DNA of 62,475 bases, counting the filler. It is 20 parts of 20 records of this genome, joined end to end, with 100 filler letters (N's around TTAATTAATTAA, not from the genome) between each part and the next. Parts side by side here need not be neighbours in the genome. Positions count along the whole stretch, not along the records: positions 30,957 to 33,738 come from SRR36015646_28281; positions 33,839 to 36,043 come from SRR36015646_29506; positions 36,144 to 40,919 come from SRR36015646_29783; 17 more parts are not named here. One strand, given 5' to 3'. This document shows positions 31,367-41,019 of this stretch, in pieces. The translations under genes were made by a program, and so were the position numbers. The notes below the pieces were generated by a model. It was not told the origin of the DNA, did not search any database, and saw nothing but the letters and a program-made list of their open reading frames with translations. Positions within the stretch are counted from its first letter, which is position 1. The number at the start of each line of letters is the position of its first letter.

Positions 31367-33738
31367 CTAGATGAACACAGTGATATGCATGTAGTGTCAG
31401 ATAACAATGCTTGTGAAATAGATAAAATGTCATGTGCACCCTTGTCAAACAATGCAGGTATGCCTACACTAAAACCATGTGTCGAATCATATCAAGAACC
31501 TATCATGTTAAACCTAACTGAGAATGAACTGATGGGATACAGACTTGCTTACTTACCAGTACAACTTTCTGGCCTCCGAAGGCCATTGTTTTCACTTGTT
31601 GACAATGCTGCCTGTGTATCATGCATTAATTATGATCTGTTCCAAAAACTATCTGTAGTATGCAAAAGTCCAGCCATAGTTCCGCCTATAGACAGAATAC
31701 TAGGGGTTTCAGGCGGTGGTATGAGGGTGGTGGGCACAAGCACGCTTACATTTTCAATACATGGCTATGAGTTCACTCATGAATTTGCACTAGTGCCAAA
31801 TTTGCGCTTCATGATCATTTTGGGTTTGGACTTCATTATCTCAAAAGAATGCAAATTTGACTATAAGGGCGAAGACATCACCGTGTGCAAATCTCAAACA
31901 AAAGATGGTGTACTAGTGACAAAATTAGACCATCTGTCAAATGGGGCACATAGTGTAAATTGCAATCTGGCCACTATATTAAACGGTGTTGTACCGTGTG
32001 AACTTGAGAATAATGATTGTAGCATCCAAGAGTACGTTAACCGTTCAACTACCATAAATCATGCGGTCAATGACAGGGACAGTGCACGTGTAACATGCAT
32101 GGAGAGTAATTTTTGCACTTGCCCGGGTGACAATGCTTCACTGGGGGCATGCAATAAAAAAATTACCGCTAATGAAACCTGTATTAATGGGGTGCCAAAC
32201 ATTAACGTAATTAGCCCGCTAATGATTGACACGTGTGCTGTAAACTATGTAGATTTGGTAGAAACTAATAATTTCGTACACTACAGTAACCAAACAAATG
32301 TAACAGATTGGCTGAAAAACGTTGAACTAAAGTGTACTGCTTTGAATGTGGTTCCAGAGCATTTGGCAGGTATTGTCACGTGCCTACTGCCAGATGACTT
32401 GAAAGTGTGGTTTGTCAAGCTGCCACTGGTTGACAAGACCACTTTCAAGGACATTGCCAAAGTACTCATGCGGAAGCTGGACCCTTCCTTCGCACAGAAG
32501 GAGGGTACTTTTGAAGACAACTCTGAGCGTTATGTAGACAACGGATTCAGCTGCGACAAAGCCATGCAAATGCTAAATTCAGCTTGTTTGTCAAACAACG
32601 ATAGGAGGCCTATTGCTGAAATCAATCCAGTGAAAGACACAGATAGTTCACAGAACTATGTCACTAGTGGCGACGTTGATTTCAGTGATGAAATACTAGA
32701 CTCAGATACTGAAAACAAGCAGGAAGGGTATGTGTCCAGAAACATATATGTTTGCCCACGGACAAAGGTGACTATTGACAAAACATTGTTAGATGATGCT
32801 GAATTGCTGCGCACCAAGAAATTCCTGCTGGACAATCAAGATGTGTTCTGTGATGACCTTACAAAGCTAACTAGTGCACGGAATTTGACACCTCAAGTAG
32901 TATTCAGTGTGGAAGACGACTCTCCAATAATACAAAGATTTTATTCTTGCTCGCCAGAAGCCCAGGATTTTCTAAGGACTGAATTGGACAGACTATTGCA
33001 AGCAGGGATGATAAGACCATCAAAAAGTCAATTCCTGTCGCCTGCTGTGCTGCCCAGAAAACAAGATATGGAGAGACGACTGTGCATCAATTACAAGCTC
33101 ATCAATCAACGAACACGAGTGCACAGCTACCCACTACCTAAATTTCGAGACATCAAGAACAATCTTGGCCAGATGAAGGCTGTGGTGTACTGCTCTTTTG
33201 ATCTATTCAAAGGTTTTTGGCAGTTGCCCCTGAGAGAAGAAGAGATTAAGTACACGGCCTTCACGACAATATTTGGCAACTTTGAATGGACTGTTCTACC
33301 TTTTGGGAGCCTCAACGCATCATTTTGTTTTCAAAGGACAATGTGCGAGATATTTGAAGACCTACTATACAAGAATGTACTCGCCTACGTAGATGACATC
33401 CTATTGGCAGCCAAGAGCGTCGAGGAGATGTTTGATGTGTTAGCAATAGTATTTGAGCGTCTGAAACATCACAACCTGCGTCTGAAAGGAAAAAAGTGTT
33501 TTCTGCACATGAAAATAATATCATACTTGGGACACGAACTATCTGCCAACCAAGTTAGACCAGATAAAAGGAAGACAGAAATCATCGAACAGTTCCCAAG
33601 ACCAAGCAACATCACTAAGTTGAGAGCATACCTCGGCCTCGTAGGATTCTACAAAGAATATATCCCTGGCTTCGCAAAAATTGCAACCCCGTTGTTTGAA
33701 CTGCTGAGAAAAGACAAGCGGTGGTTGTGGTCAAATCT
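31367..33738 (+). CDS. pol: Ty3/Gypsy pol (protease-like, insert, RT), in frame with gag behind a single TGA
   Basis: LVDNAACVSCI..IILGLDFI protease-like region; RRLCINYKLIN, YPLP, FDLFKGFWQ, LPFG, YVDDI, YLGH, YLGLVGFY. Confidence 0.9.
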
Positions 33739-34755
33739 NNNNNNNNNNNNNNNNNNNNNNNNNNNNNNNNNNNNNNNNNNNNTTAATTAATTAANNNNNN
33801 NNNNNNNNNNNNNNNNNNNNNNNNNNNNNNNNNNNNNNAAACCGCGTTGCCGCTTTGCCGCGCTTGGTAAACGTGCCTTAAGCCTGGAAAACTAGAATTT
33901 TGTTTTTGATCTGTAATTGGCTAAATGTAATTTTTTTATCTACTTCCGGAAAGTAGAAGAATGTATAAAGTAATAAAAATAACCAGTCCATATATGGATA
34001 TAATTGATCACTTACATTTACATTCAAATAGTCTATGCTTGGGGGTATGTTCTAGGATATGACAGATTACAACTCACAGCAAATTACGAAAAGGATATTA
34101 AAAACTAAAAAGTGTGACAAATTTCATTAATAAGCCGCTAGATGGCGTGTGACGGATTGTTTACATTATGGAGCTCGTCAACTTTGCCTTCCTACACGTT
34201 ATATATGGACTAGAACAACACTACTTACGTTTATCCAGCCGTGGGATGTGCCTGTAAACACAGTGAGGCATCACGCTTGCCAGAATAATGTAGGTGACGT
34301 TAATAATAGGAGGTTATTTAACACGAAAATCGAAAACTGTCATGGCGGCTTCCTCGCTAGTACGTCGCCAATCTCCATGAGATGAATTTGTCGGTTTTTA
34401 CCAAACGTTATTGATCTCATTCACTGGGGTGTCATTCCTATGCATGTACTGGTATGTCTGCATAATTTTCAAGCCGTTTTGCGTTTTTGGGGATTTTGGA
34501 CGATTTTGCCTTAGCTACATGGAAAAATGAATGACCTTGAAAATATGCAAATTACATGCAAATTACATCTAGATCGGTAACACCATAGCCAGACCAGTGA
34601 CTCTAGAAGACCTGCACCTATATCGTGCCACACACTGCAGGAATTTGCATACCGCTGGAATAATGCACGGGGATCATCTTATATAACGTGCTACAGACTA
34701 TTTACAACGCAGGGGTCGTTACCTGAGTGCACAGCAGCTGCTGATATATTCTTCA

Positions 34756-35679
34756 ATGAACCGCGGTAAGAAAAAGAAACTGTCGTCCAGTTCGTCGCCC
34801 GAAGCAAATGCTTTAAAGAAATCCAAATCTTCTGCAATGGAAAACGACGAATTCGTTCGGAAACTTGTTGTGGCATTTAGTAGTCCTGCTGTATTGGACG
34901 TTATGTCTAAACAATTAGCTGGTGACTTAGGGAAAACTATCGGTGCGGACATGCAGGAATACTTCGAAAAAATCATAGGACCGGCAATTAAAAAAGAAGT
35001 TGAGAAGTATTTTGATCAAACCATCGATCCAGCATTCCAGGAGCTTCGCACTACGACTGACCAGCTGTATGAAAAAATTAAAGCGCTCGAGGGCCATATA
35101 AACACTCAGCAGAAAGTCATTGACTCAACAAAAGCCGAACTTACCCAACTTACCCAACTTAAATCGAGCCCTGTCCAAAGTGAAAAGTCAGCCATCGAAA
35201 TAGACGCTATGGAGCAATACAACCGTCGTAATTGCTTAATATTCAGCAATATTCCGGAGGCTGATAACGAATCAACGGAGTCGTTGGAGGACAAAATCTA
35301 CGGTCTCATTAAAGACGGTTGTGACATCGCATTGTCCGATTCGCACATCGGACGTCTCCATAGGTTGGGAAAACCTAGTGCCACGCCCAGTTCAAAAATT
35401 CGCCCAGTTATCGTGAGATTCAACTCGTACCGTTATCGCAACGCCGTCTACACCAAACGTAAAGAGTACAGTCAGCATAACAAGGGTTTGTTTGTGAATG
35501 AGTGCCTGACGAAAAACCGCGCTGACCTGTTCTACAAATGCCGCGTGTTACGTAGGGAACAGAAGATATTCTCCACCTGGACGTACGACGGGAGACTGTT
35601 TGCTAGACTACGGGAAAACGACCGACCCATCTACATAAGTTCGGAAAAAGACTTAAATAAACTTAATGCAGGCCGTTAG
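34756..35679 (+). CDS. LINE ORF1-type protein (coiled coil + RRM + CTD; L1-ORF1/FP25K-like, as in CR1/L2-group elements)
   Basis: Heptad region followed by EQYNRRNCLIFSNIPE, RLHRLGK, RPVIVRF, FVNECLTK, WTYDGRLF. Confidence 0.82.
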   Translation: MNRGKKKKLSSSSSPEANALKKSKSSAMENDEFVRKLVVAFSSPAVLDVMSKQLAGDLGKTIGADMQEYFEKIIGPAIKKEVEKYFDQTIDPAFQELRTTTDQLYEKIKALEGHINTQQKVIDSTKAELTQLTQLKSSPVQSEKSAIEIDAMEQYNRRNCLIFSNIPEADNESTESLEDKIYGLIKDGCDIALSDSHIGRLHRLGKPSATPSSKIRPVIVRFNSYRYRNAVYTKRKEYSQHNKGLFVNECLTKNRADLFYKCRVLRREQKIFSTWTYDGRLFARLRENDRPIYISSEKDLNKLNAGR

Positions 35680-36143
35680 AACCTCTTAATTTTAGAGCTG
35701 CTGTTATAGAACTGGACTTGAACGCACATTATTCCTAGTCAAAATATATGTTGTTTCCACAAAAAGCTGATAAAAGCTTAGGCCTACACTCATAATCTTA
35801 CGCTAGGCAAAACTTTTTATACCAGATTAGTTACTATTTTGGCCTATTTCTTCAATTCTTCAAAAATTGGAATAATAAGTATAATCTTATAGGCCTACGC
35901 GTTCCCAACAAACGTGATATCTGATGTCTCATAATAGGTCTGCAAAAGTTATCTTGGATCAGTTAAATTAACATTCTACGCATGCATGTGTACTTAAATT
36001 GTGTCAATGGTGTATTAATTTTAACTACCGTGTGCTCTGCAGANNNNNNNNNNNNNNNNNNNNNNNNNNNNNNNNNNNNNNNNNNNNTTAATTAATTAAN
36101 NNNNNNNNNNNNNNNNNNNNNNNNNNNNNNNNNNNNNNNNNNN

Positions 36144-36173
36144 TACCCCACAACGCATACCCCGATGGACAAT
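36144..36173 (+). repeat. Terminal inverted repeat (left in window)
   Basis: taccccacaacgcataccccgatggacaat, the exact reverse complement of 40890-40919. Confidence 0.97.
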
Positions 36174-36265
36174 CGGGCATAACTCCACATTGCTTCAGCC
36201 AAAACAAGTTAATTTGGTATCATTATCATTACTATAACGTGACGCATTCTCATGGCTTCTTATAT

Positions 36266-39200
36266 TCAGTCTTGTACATCATCCTCTTCCATCACTGGAT
36301 CATTAGTCATATTGTCACAGTTCTCATTTTGGCAATGACCACATGCGCTGCTGCATTCCAGTCCATGCTTTCTGCAGGTACACTTTAGCGTATTGCACCC
36401 TCCGGAACAGTTGCAGTGAATCATCTGAATAAGTACCTCTGGAGCCGGACTTTTGTCTGTCATCACCGGAACAAGTTTTTCCCCTTCTACTCTCCATCCC
36501 CACTCAGACGGCTCCATTCCATCACTACAGCCCATCCACTCCATTACCTGGTAGTAAGTCCGCAGAGAGTGAAAATTACAGGCCGAAGTGGTCGGTGGTA
36601 GTCGTTCTGGCGTGACGAAAGTCTTAGCTCGCGCAACTTTCTGGCAGAGCATAGTGTATCGGATAGATCCCAGTGAGTCGTTCTGACTTGCATTGAACAA
36701 AGCCACCATTGCCCTACAGCCATTGGTTTCCACAACATCCTGACTTTGCTTTGGGGAACAGAATGCTTTCGAACAGTCTTTGAATCCTTTTTCGTTCTTG
36801 ATGATTCTTTGGAACCCCGACTTCTTTCCGATCCCAAATACTCTTGACGTTGAGTCGCATCCGGTAAAGGCATGGAGAAACAATAGATCATTACAGACTG
36901 TCTCTCCAAGTATCTGCTTAAGAACCTTGATATTATAGACATTTGATTTGCCCTTGTCCGAACGGAAATAGAGTTCAGTGCAGCTTGATGGTGATGCATG
37001 GTGAAGCAAGAGCACAAGGAGATCTGTGTCCTCTCCAACGAGCGTGGTCGATTTGAAACTAGACATTGTGACAGCTGCTTTTGCAATGTCAACGTCGGCA
37101 TCTCCTTCAGCTTGAATCACTATACAGTCTCTCTGTCGCAAACGTTCTGTGATGAGCTGGATTATTGCCTCCTTATTTGCCTCGTTCGACAAGAAGTCTT
37201 CCTTTTTTCCAACAAATTTTGTTGTCTCTGTTATGTTCACTTTGTTCGCATTGGTTCTACTTCGACGCTGATGAGTACCGTCCTTTATGCTTGGCCCAAC
37301 CCCATAACCATCAAATACTACAGTGGCTCTGGCATAATGTCTGACCGTGAACGAGGCGTACTCATCTGCTATTGAACTGTAGGTGGATCCCTCCGTCCAT
37401 TTTACGCGGTGTAGAAGTGATCCGCCATCTAGAACAAAGTGATCTGTTACCGGGACCGTCTCGGTAACGGCGTTGTCCGATTTGGATTTAGCGTAGTTCC
37501 GTATCGCTTCTGCTAGTTGTGGCTTATCTGGCTTGCGCAAGATGTTCTTGGCTTCAAACAATGCCATCGGATACGGGCAGAGTTCATACTTCATGACTTC
37601 TTCCAACCGGAGATCACCCGTCTGCGACACAACAAGGAACCTCTGGAACAACAAGGCTGGATCAATCGTACGATCATCAGCAACCTTGACTGCTCTGTTA
37701 GATGCGAGTGTCTTGACTTTTGAACTCCTTTTGTGTGAATATGTGAACACAGAATGACCATCCATCTTTCCAACTACATCATTTCCTATTGTGAACAGAT
37801 CATGTACATTCACATCCTCATTTGCATTAACACCTGTGATAATATTGCGTAATGACTTATCCTCTGAAAATGGTGTAAAACTGTCCAGTTTTGCTGCAGT
37901 TATTTCAAGGTCAGCCTCGTCTCTATTCACTCTGGCGGTGGACAACTCCTTATGTTGTTCACTTGTTGTATAACTATTTGCGGTCAGTTCTTGCATGGCA
38001 AGGTTGTACGCGGATGACACAGTTAAAGACATACTCCAAACTGTTCTCTGGTGCTCAGACATCCCACTTCCTCGTGTTAGGCCCCCTTGGCTTTTTAGTG
38101 AGCGCATTAGTGTCTGTTCTATGACCAGATCCGTCCCAAGGCCAGCCCAGTATTGGTTGCTGCGTCTGGTTACATGGAACCCAGACTGGAATTTCTGATA
38201 CACCTCAGGGTTGTCATCTTCCAATGCACGCATCTTCTGGAGATAGAGACGAGCCGACTTCAGATAATTCGGATGGCCAGCTGCTGCGAATATCGGCAAA
38301 CAAGCTGAGATGGCATGGAGATGCATCTCCCAAGACCCCATTCGATCGGCCGCAACAAGTGTCCTAGCAATTCCTAACATCTTCTGATAGTTGACCCACA
38401 GTGCGCCGGTTTTGGAAGCTGCTGCCAGTTCATCCTTTTTGAGAGATACAGTTTTGTCAATCCTGCGAATGCAACCTGATTTCGACAACGACTCTAAGGT
38501 ACATTCACCAGACTCCACCAGCGTGTACAGTCGTTCAAGTTCCTCCACTTGCTCATGAAAGTCAGGGTCATCCTCCATGATTTTAGCAACAATTTGGCGT
38601 GTAAGACATTGATCAACCAGCAGATGCCCTCGAAACGCTCGTTGCACCGCCTTCCCACTCATCATATGGACGACGGCATTTTCGCCATACACAGTCTCCA
38701 TGATGTCCTTGAGTCCACTTCCATCCATCAATGTCCCAATTGCTCCCAGCACATTCATGAACGTATGGAAGCTCCCCAGCATTAAGACGACGTTCCTGAT
38801 CCGGCTATCATCTGGTGCTGCATTCACGATCTCCGAAGCCTTCCAATAGAGTGGTTGATCGAATGTGACAACAGCTGGCATGTTGTGTTTTGACGCAAGT
38901 TTACATAGGTATTCAAGGGTGGACAAGATACAGGTTTTGTCCCCAGAATTCATATCTATCATTGGGAGAAACAGGACTGAGGATTTTCCTGGATGCTCAC
39001 ACTCGTCGTACAATAATCGCATCATGCCTGGCCAACTGGGTGTACTCTGGTGGAAGCGAAAGGACATTTCCCAGAAAATGTCAACTGTGCGGTCACAGGC
39101 GGACGAAAGTGTGAGGGGCTGAAAATCTATGTTGCGGCTGATGTGCTTTGCGTAGCGGTAATCTATTATATCAATCTTTGTCAGTTCGACAAGTTTCAAG

Positions 39201-40660
39201 TCGGCCATTTTCTGTCTCGATATAATGCGACTAACTTGCTTCCCTGGTGTGATGGTGGCAATCATGCCCATTCCATGAAAGGTACCCTTTCCATCTAAGG
39301 TTATTATGTTATGGTCTACATTGTCTCCAGCAAATAACAGGGACGTATCAAGCATATCAATGTCACTACCCAACAGATCCGGAGCACGTGAACAAGCCGC
39401 ATTCAATTCAAACCTTTGCACTTCTGCGTAAGATGAAGAAAACCCCATGGTTGAAAGACTATCGATCAAGAACCGTGACCTATACATGTGGTGCATTTGC
39501 ACCGCAAGACCAAGCTGTAGTGGCGCAATTACAGCCCTTGGTCGCACAGCTTGAACAACGGCTTGTCCAATACCAGCTACCTTTCTGGACGTATCCTTCC
39601 CAACAAACAGATGCTGCAGCAAGAATCGCAAACTTGCTGGAATGTGATCCAATGCAGCTACAAGTTTTAGTTCTTCCAGAGTTGGATATGTATCTCCCAG
39701 TGAAGTAACTGTTGCTTTAATATCACTTTTGATAAGTTTTGCTGCGGTTTGTAGAATTGCTCGTTTCTGTGCTTCTTCGTCGTCCTCCCGAGGTGAATTG
39801 TAGTAATCACGAAGAATCTGACAGGTTTTTTCTCTGAAAGTTACAATGTTTTTGACACCCTTCCCCTCAGCCACGAATATCGAGTCTCCATATCGTTCCA
39901 GAAGCTTTTCCTTGAGGTACTGATTTCCATACGATGTTGCAGCGGATTTGCTGTTAGACAGTCCGAATTCTCCCATTTTAGCTGCAAGGTCCGAAATCGT
40001 TAGCTGTTCTTCATCGTTTTCCTCTAGGAATGCGCAAACCTTTTCGAATGCCTCATCTTGATCACTGTCCCTTGGTCTTCCACTTTTTCGGCGTTTGGTG
40101 GAATCGACAGGCCTGAATTGTTTTGGAATGTCGCGCATCGTGCGAAAATTAACGTTGCATGACTTGTGGTAAACACAGTCGGCCGCATGAAGATCACCCC
40201 CAAAATATGCAATGCGGCCTTCAACAGCAATGGCCCATTCATCCGCCCGTGTTTTACAATGAACCAATATCGAATGAACAAACGTGTCTGTCTTTACAAA
40301 GCCATAACTGTCCCCATCTGCTCTAATACTTCGTTTTGGGTCGATTTTCTTCACTTCAGTTTCACAGAAAAAGCAATATGTTTTACTGTCATATGCAGGT
40401 CCTAACAAAACACGAGCACTTCGTTTTACTGATTGAGCAGAATCTGTCTGACCTTTCTTGCTTAGCGCAATGGAGGTGCTGTTTATGTGGATAGCCCGAC
40501 ATGTTTTGTGCACACTAGTTCCAGCTTCAACTTTGATGTCGACACCCCTTTCAATGCTAGCACGATTGATACCTTCAGCTCCCTTTTCACGAACCACCAC
40601 AGTCTCCTCACGATCCAATTCCCCTTGGCATAAAGGGCAGGTTTCTTTGCTCGAGCTCAT
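36266..40660 (-). CDS. AcademX transposase (DDE core + XPG/FEN1-like nuclease + C-terminal Cys cluster)
   Basis: GDNVD, TFHGMG, TFDQPLYWKA, LGSFH, GHPNY, IEQTLMR; VLDGGSLL, EGDADV, GEDTDLLVLL, HAFTGCDSTS, LPPT; CNCSGGC..CTCRK..CSSACGHC. The ATG at 40660 is preceded by a polypyrimidine-AG acceptor at 40671-40670. Confidence 0.88.
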   Translation of the reverse strand: MSSSKETCPLCQGELDREETVVVREKGAEGINRASIERGVDIKVEAGTSVHKTCRAIHINSTSIALSKKGQTDSAQSVKRSARVLLGPAYDSKTYCFFCETEVKKIDPKRSIRADGDSYGFVKTDTFVHSILVHCKTRADEWAIAVEGRIAYFGGDLHAADCVYHKSCNVNFRTMRDIPKQFRPVDSTKRRKSGRPRDSDQDEAFEKVCAFLEENDEEQLTISDLAAKMGEFGLSNSKSAATSYGNQYLKEKLLERYGDSIFVAEGKGVKNIVTFREKTCQILRDYYNSPREDDEEAQKRAILQTAAKLIKSDIKATVTSLGDTYPTLEELKLVAALDHIPASLRFLLQHLFVGKDTSRKVAGIGQAVVQAVRPRAVIAPLQLGLAVQMHHMYRSRFLIDSLSTMGFSSSYAEVQRFELNAACSRAPDLLGSDIDMLDTSLLFAGDNVDHNIITLDGKGTFHGMGMIATITPGKQVSRIISRQKMADLKLVELTKIDIIDYRYAKHISRNIDFQPLTLSSACDRTVDIFWEMSFRFHQSTPSWPGMMRLLYDECEHPGKSSVLFLPMIDMNSGDKTCILSTLEYLCKLASKHNMPAVVTFDQPLYWKASEIVNAAPDDSRIRNVVLMLGSFHTFMNVLGAIGTLMDGSGLKDIMETVYGENAVVHMMSGKAVQRAFRGHLLVDQCLTRQIVAKIMEDDPDFHEQVEELERLYTLVESGECTLESLSKSGCIRRIDKTVSLKKDELAAASKTGALWVNYQKMLGIARTLVAADRMGSWEMHLHAISACLPIFAAAGHPNYLKSARLYLQKMRALEDDNPEVYQKFQSGFHVTRRSNQYWAGLGTDLVIEQTLMRSLKSQGGLTRGSGMSEHQRTVWSMSLTVSSAYNLAMQELTANSYTTSEQHKELSTARVNRDEADLEITAAKLDSFTPFSEDKSLRNIITGVNANEDVNVHDLFTIGNDVVGKMDGHSVFTYSHKRSSKVKTLASNRAVKVADDRTIDPALLFQRFLVVSQTGDLRLEEVMKYELCPYPMALFEAKNILRKPDKPQLAEAIRNYAKSKSDNAVTETVPVTDHFVLDGGSLLHRVKWTEGSTYSSIADEYASFTVRHYARATVVFDGYGVGPSIKDGTHQRRSRTNANKVNITETTKFVGKKEDFLSNEANKEAIIQLITERLRQRDCIVIQAEGDADVDIAKAAVTMSSFKSTTLVGEDTDLLVLLLHHASPSSCTELYFRSDKGKSNVYNIKVLKQILGETVCNDLLFLHAFTGCDSTSRVFGIGKKSGFQRIIKNEKGFKDCSKAFCSPKQSQDVVETNGCRAMVALFNASQNDSLGSIRYTMLCQKVARAKTFVTPERLPPTTSACNFHSLRTYYQVMEWMGCSDGMEPSEWGWRVEGEKLVPVMTDKSPAPEVLIQMIHCNCSGGCNTLKCTCRKHGLECSSACGHCQNENCDNMTNDPVMEEDDVQD

Positions 40661-40889
40661 TGTCAACCCCTAAAAAGAAAAAAGAAAGGAGGAATAAACA
40701 ACAATATATAGGCATATACCTTTGATATTTAATTAGGCCTATCACTAGGATTATGTGCTGCAGTGCTGCAGTGTTTCCCATGGCATGCAATAGCCTAGAC
40801 ACTGAAATATGGCAACACGTACAGTATATAGCCAGGTCAAAATAAGAAATAAATGGCCTGACCCCCAAACAATTGCAAATAAACGTTTT

Positions 40890-40919
40890 ATTGTCCATCG
40901 GGGTATGCGTTGTGGGGTA
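40890..40919 (-). repeat. Terminal inverted repeat (right in window)
   Basis: attgtccatcggggtatgcgttgtggggta. Confidence 0.97.
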
Positions 40920-41019
40920 NNNNNNNNNNNNNNNNNNNNNNNNNNNNNNNNNNNNNNNNNNNNTTAATTAATTAANNNNNNNNNNNNNNNNNNNNNNNNN
41001 NNNNNNNNNNNNNNNNNNN

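Larger units (their letters stand above)
36144..40919 (-). mobile_element. Complete AcademX DNA transposon
   Basis: Perfect 30-bp TIRs starting TA bound the contig; a single ~1460-aa ORF has DDE, XPG-like nuclease and Cys-rich domains, the known AcademX architecture. Confidence 0.85.

Noticed and set aside
33839-33880. Harbinger-like MITE end (ggtaaacgtgcc + TTA)
   Set aside because: Only one end is visible at the contig edge; no partner TIR to confirm.
34756-36043. Stand-alone (domesticated) LINE ORF1
   Set aside because: Only ~360 nt follow the stop; CR1/L2-group elements can have longer inter-ORF spacers, so a missing ORF2 cannot be claimed.
36266-40660. DDE transposase fused to a FEN1/XPG nuclease as a new system
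   Set aside because: This is the described AcademX architecture.
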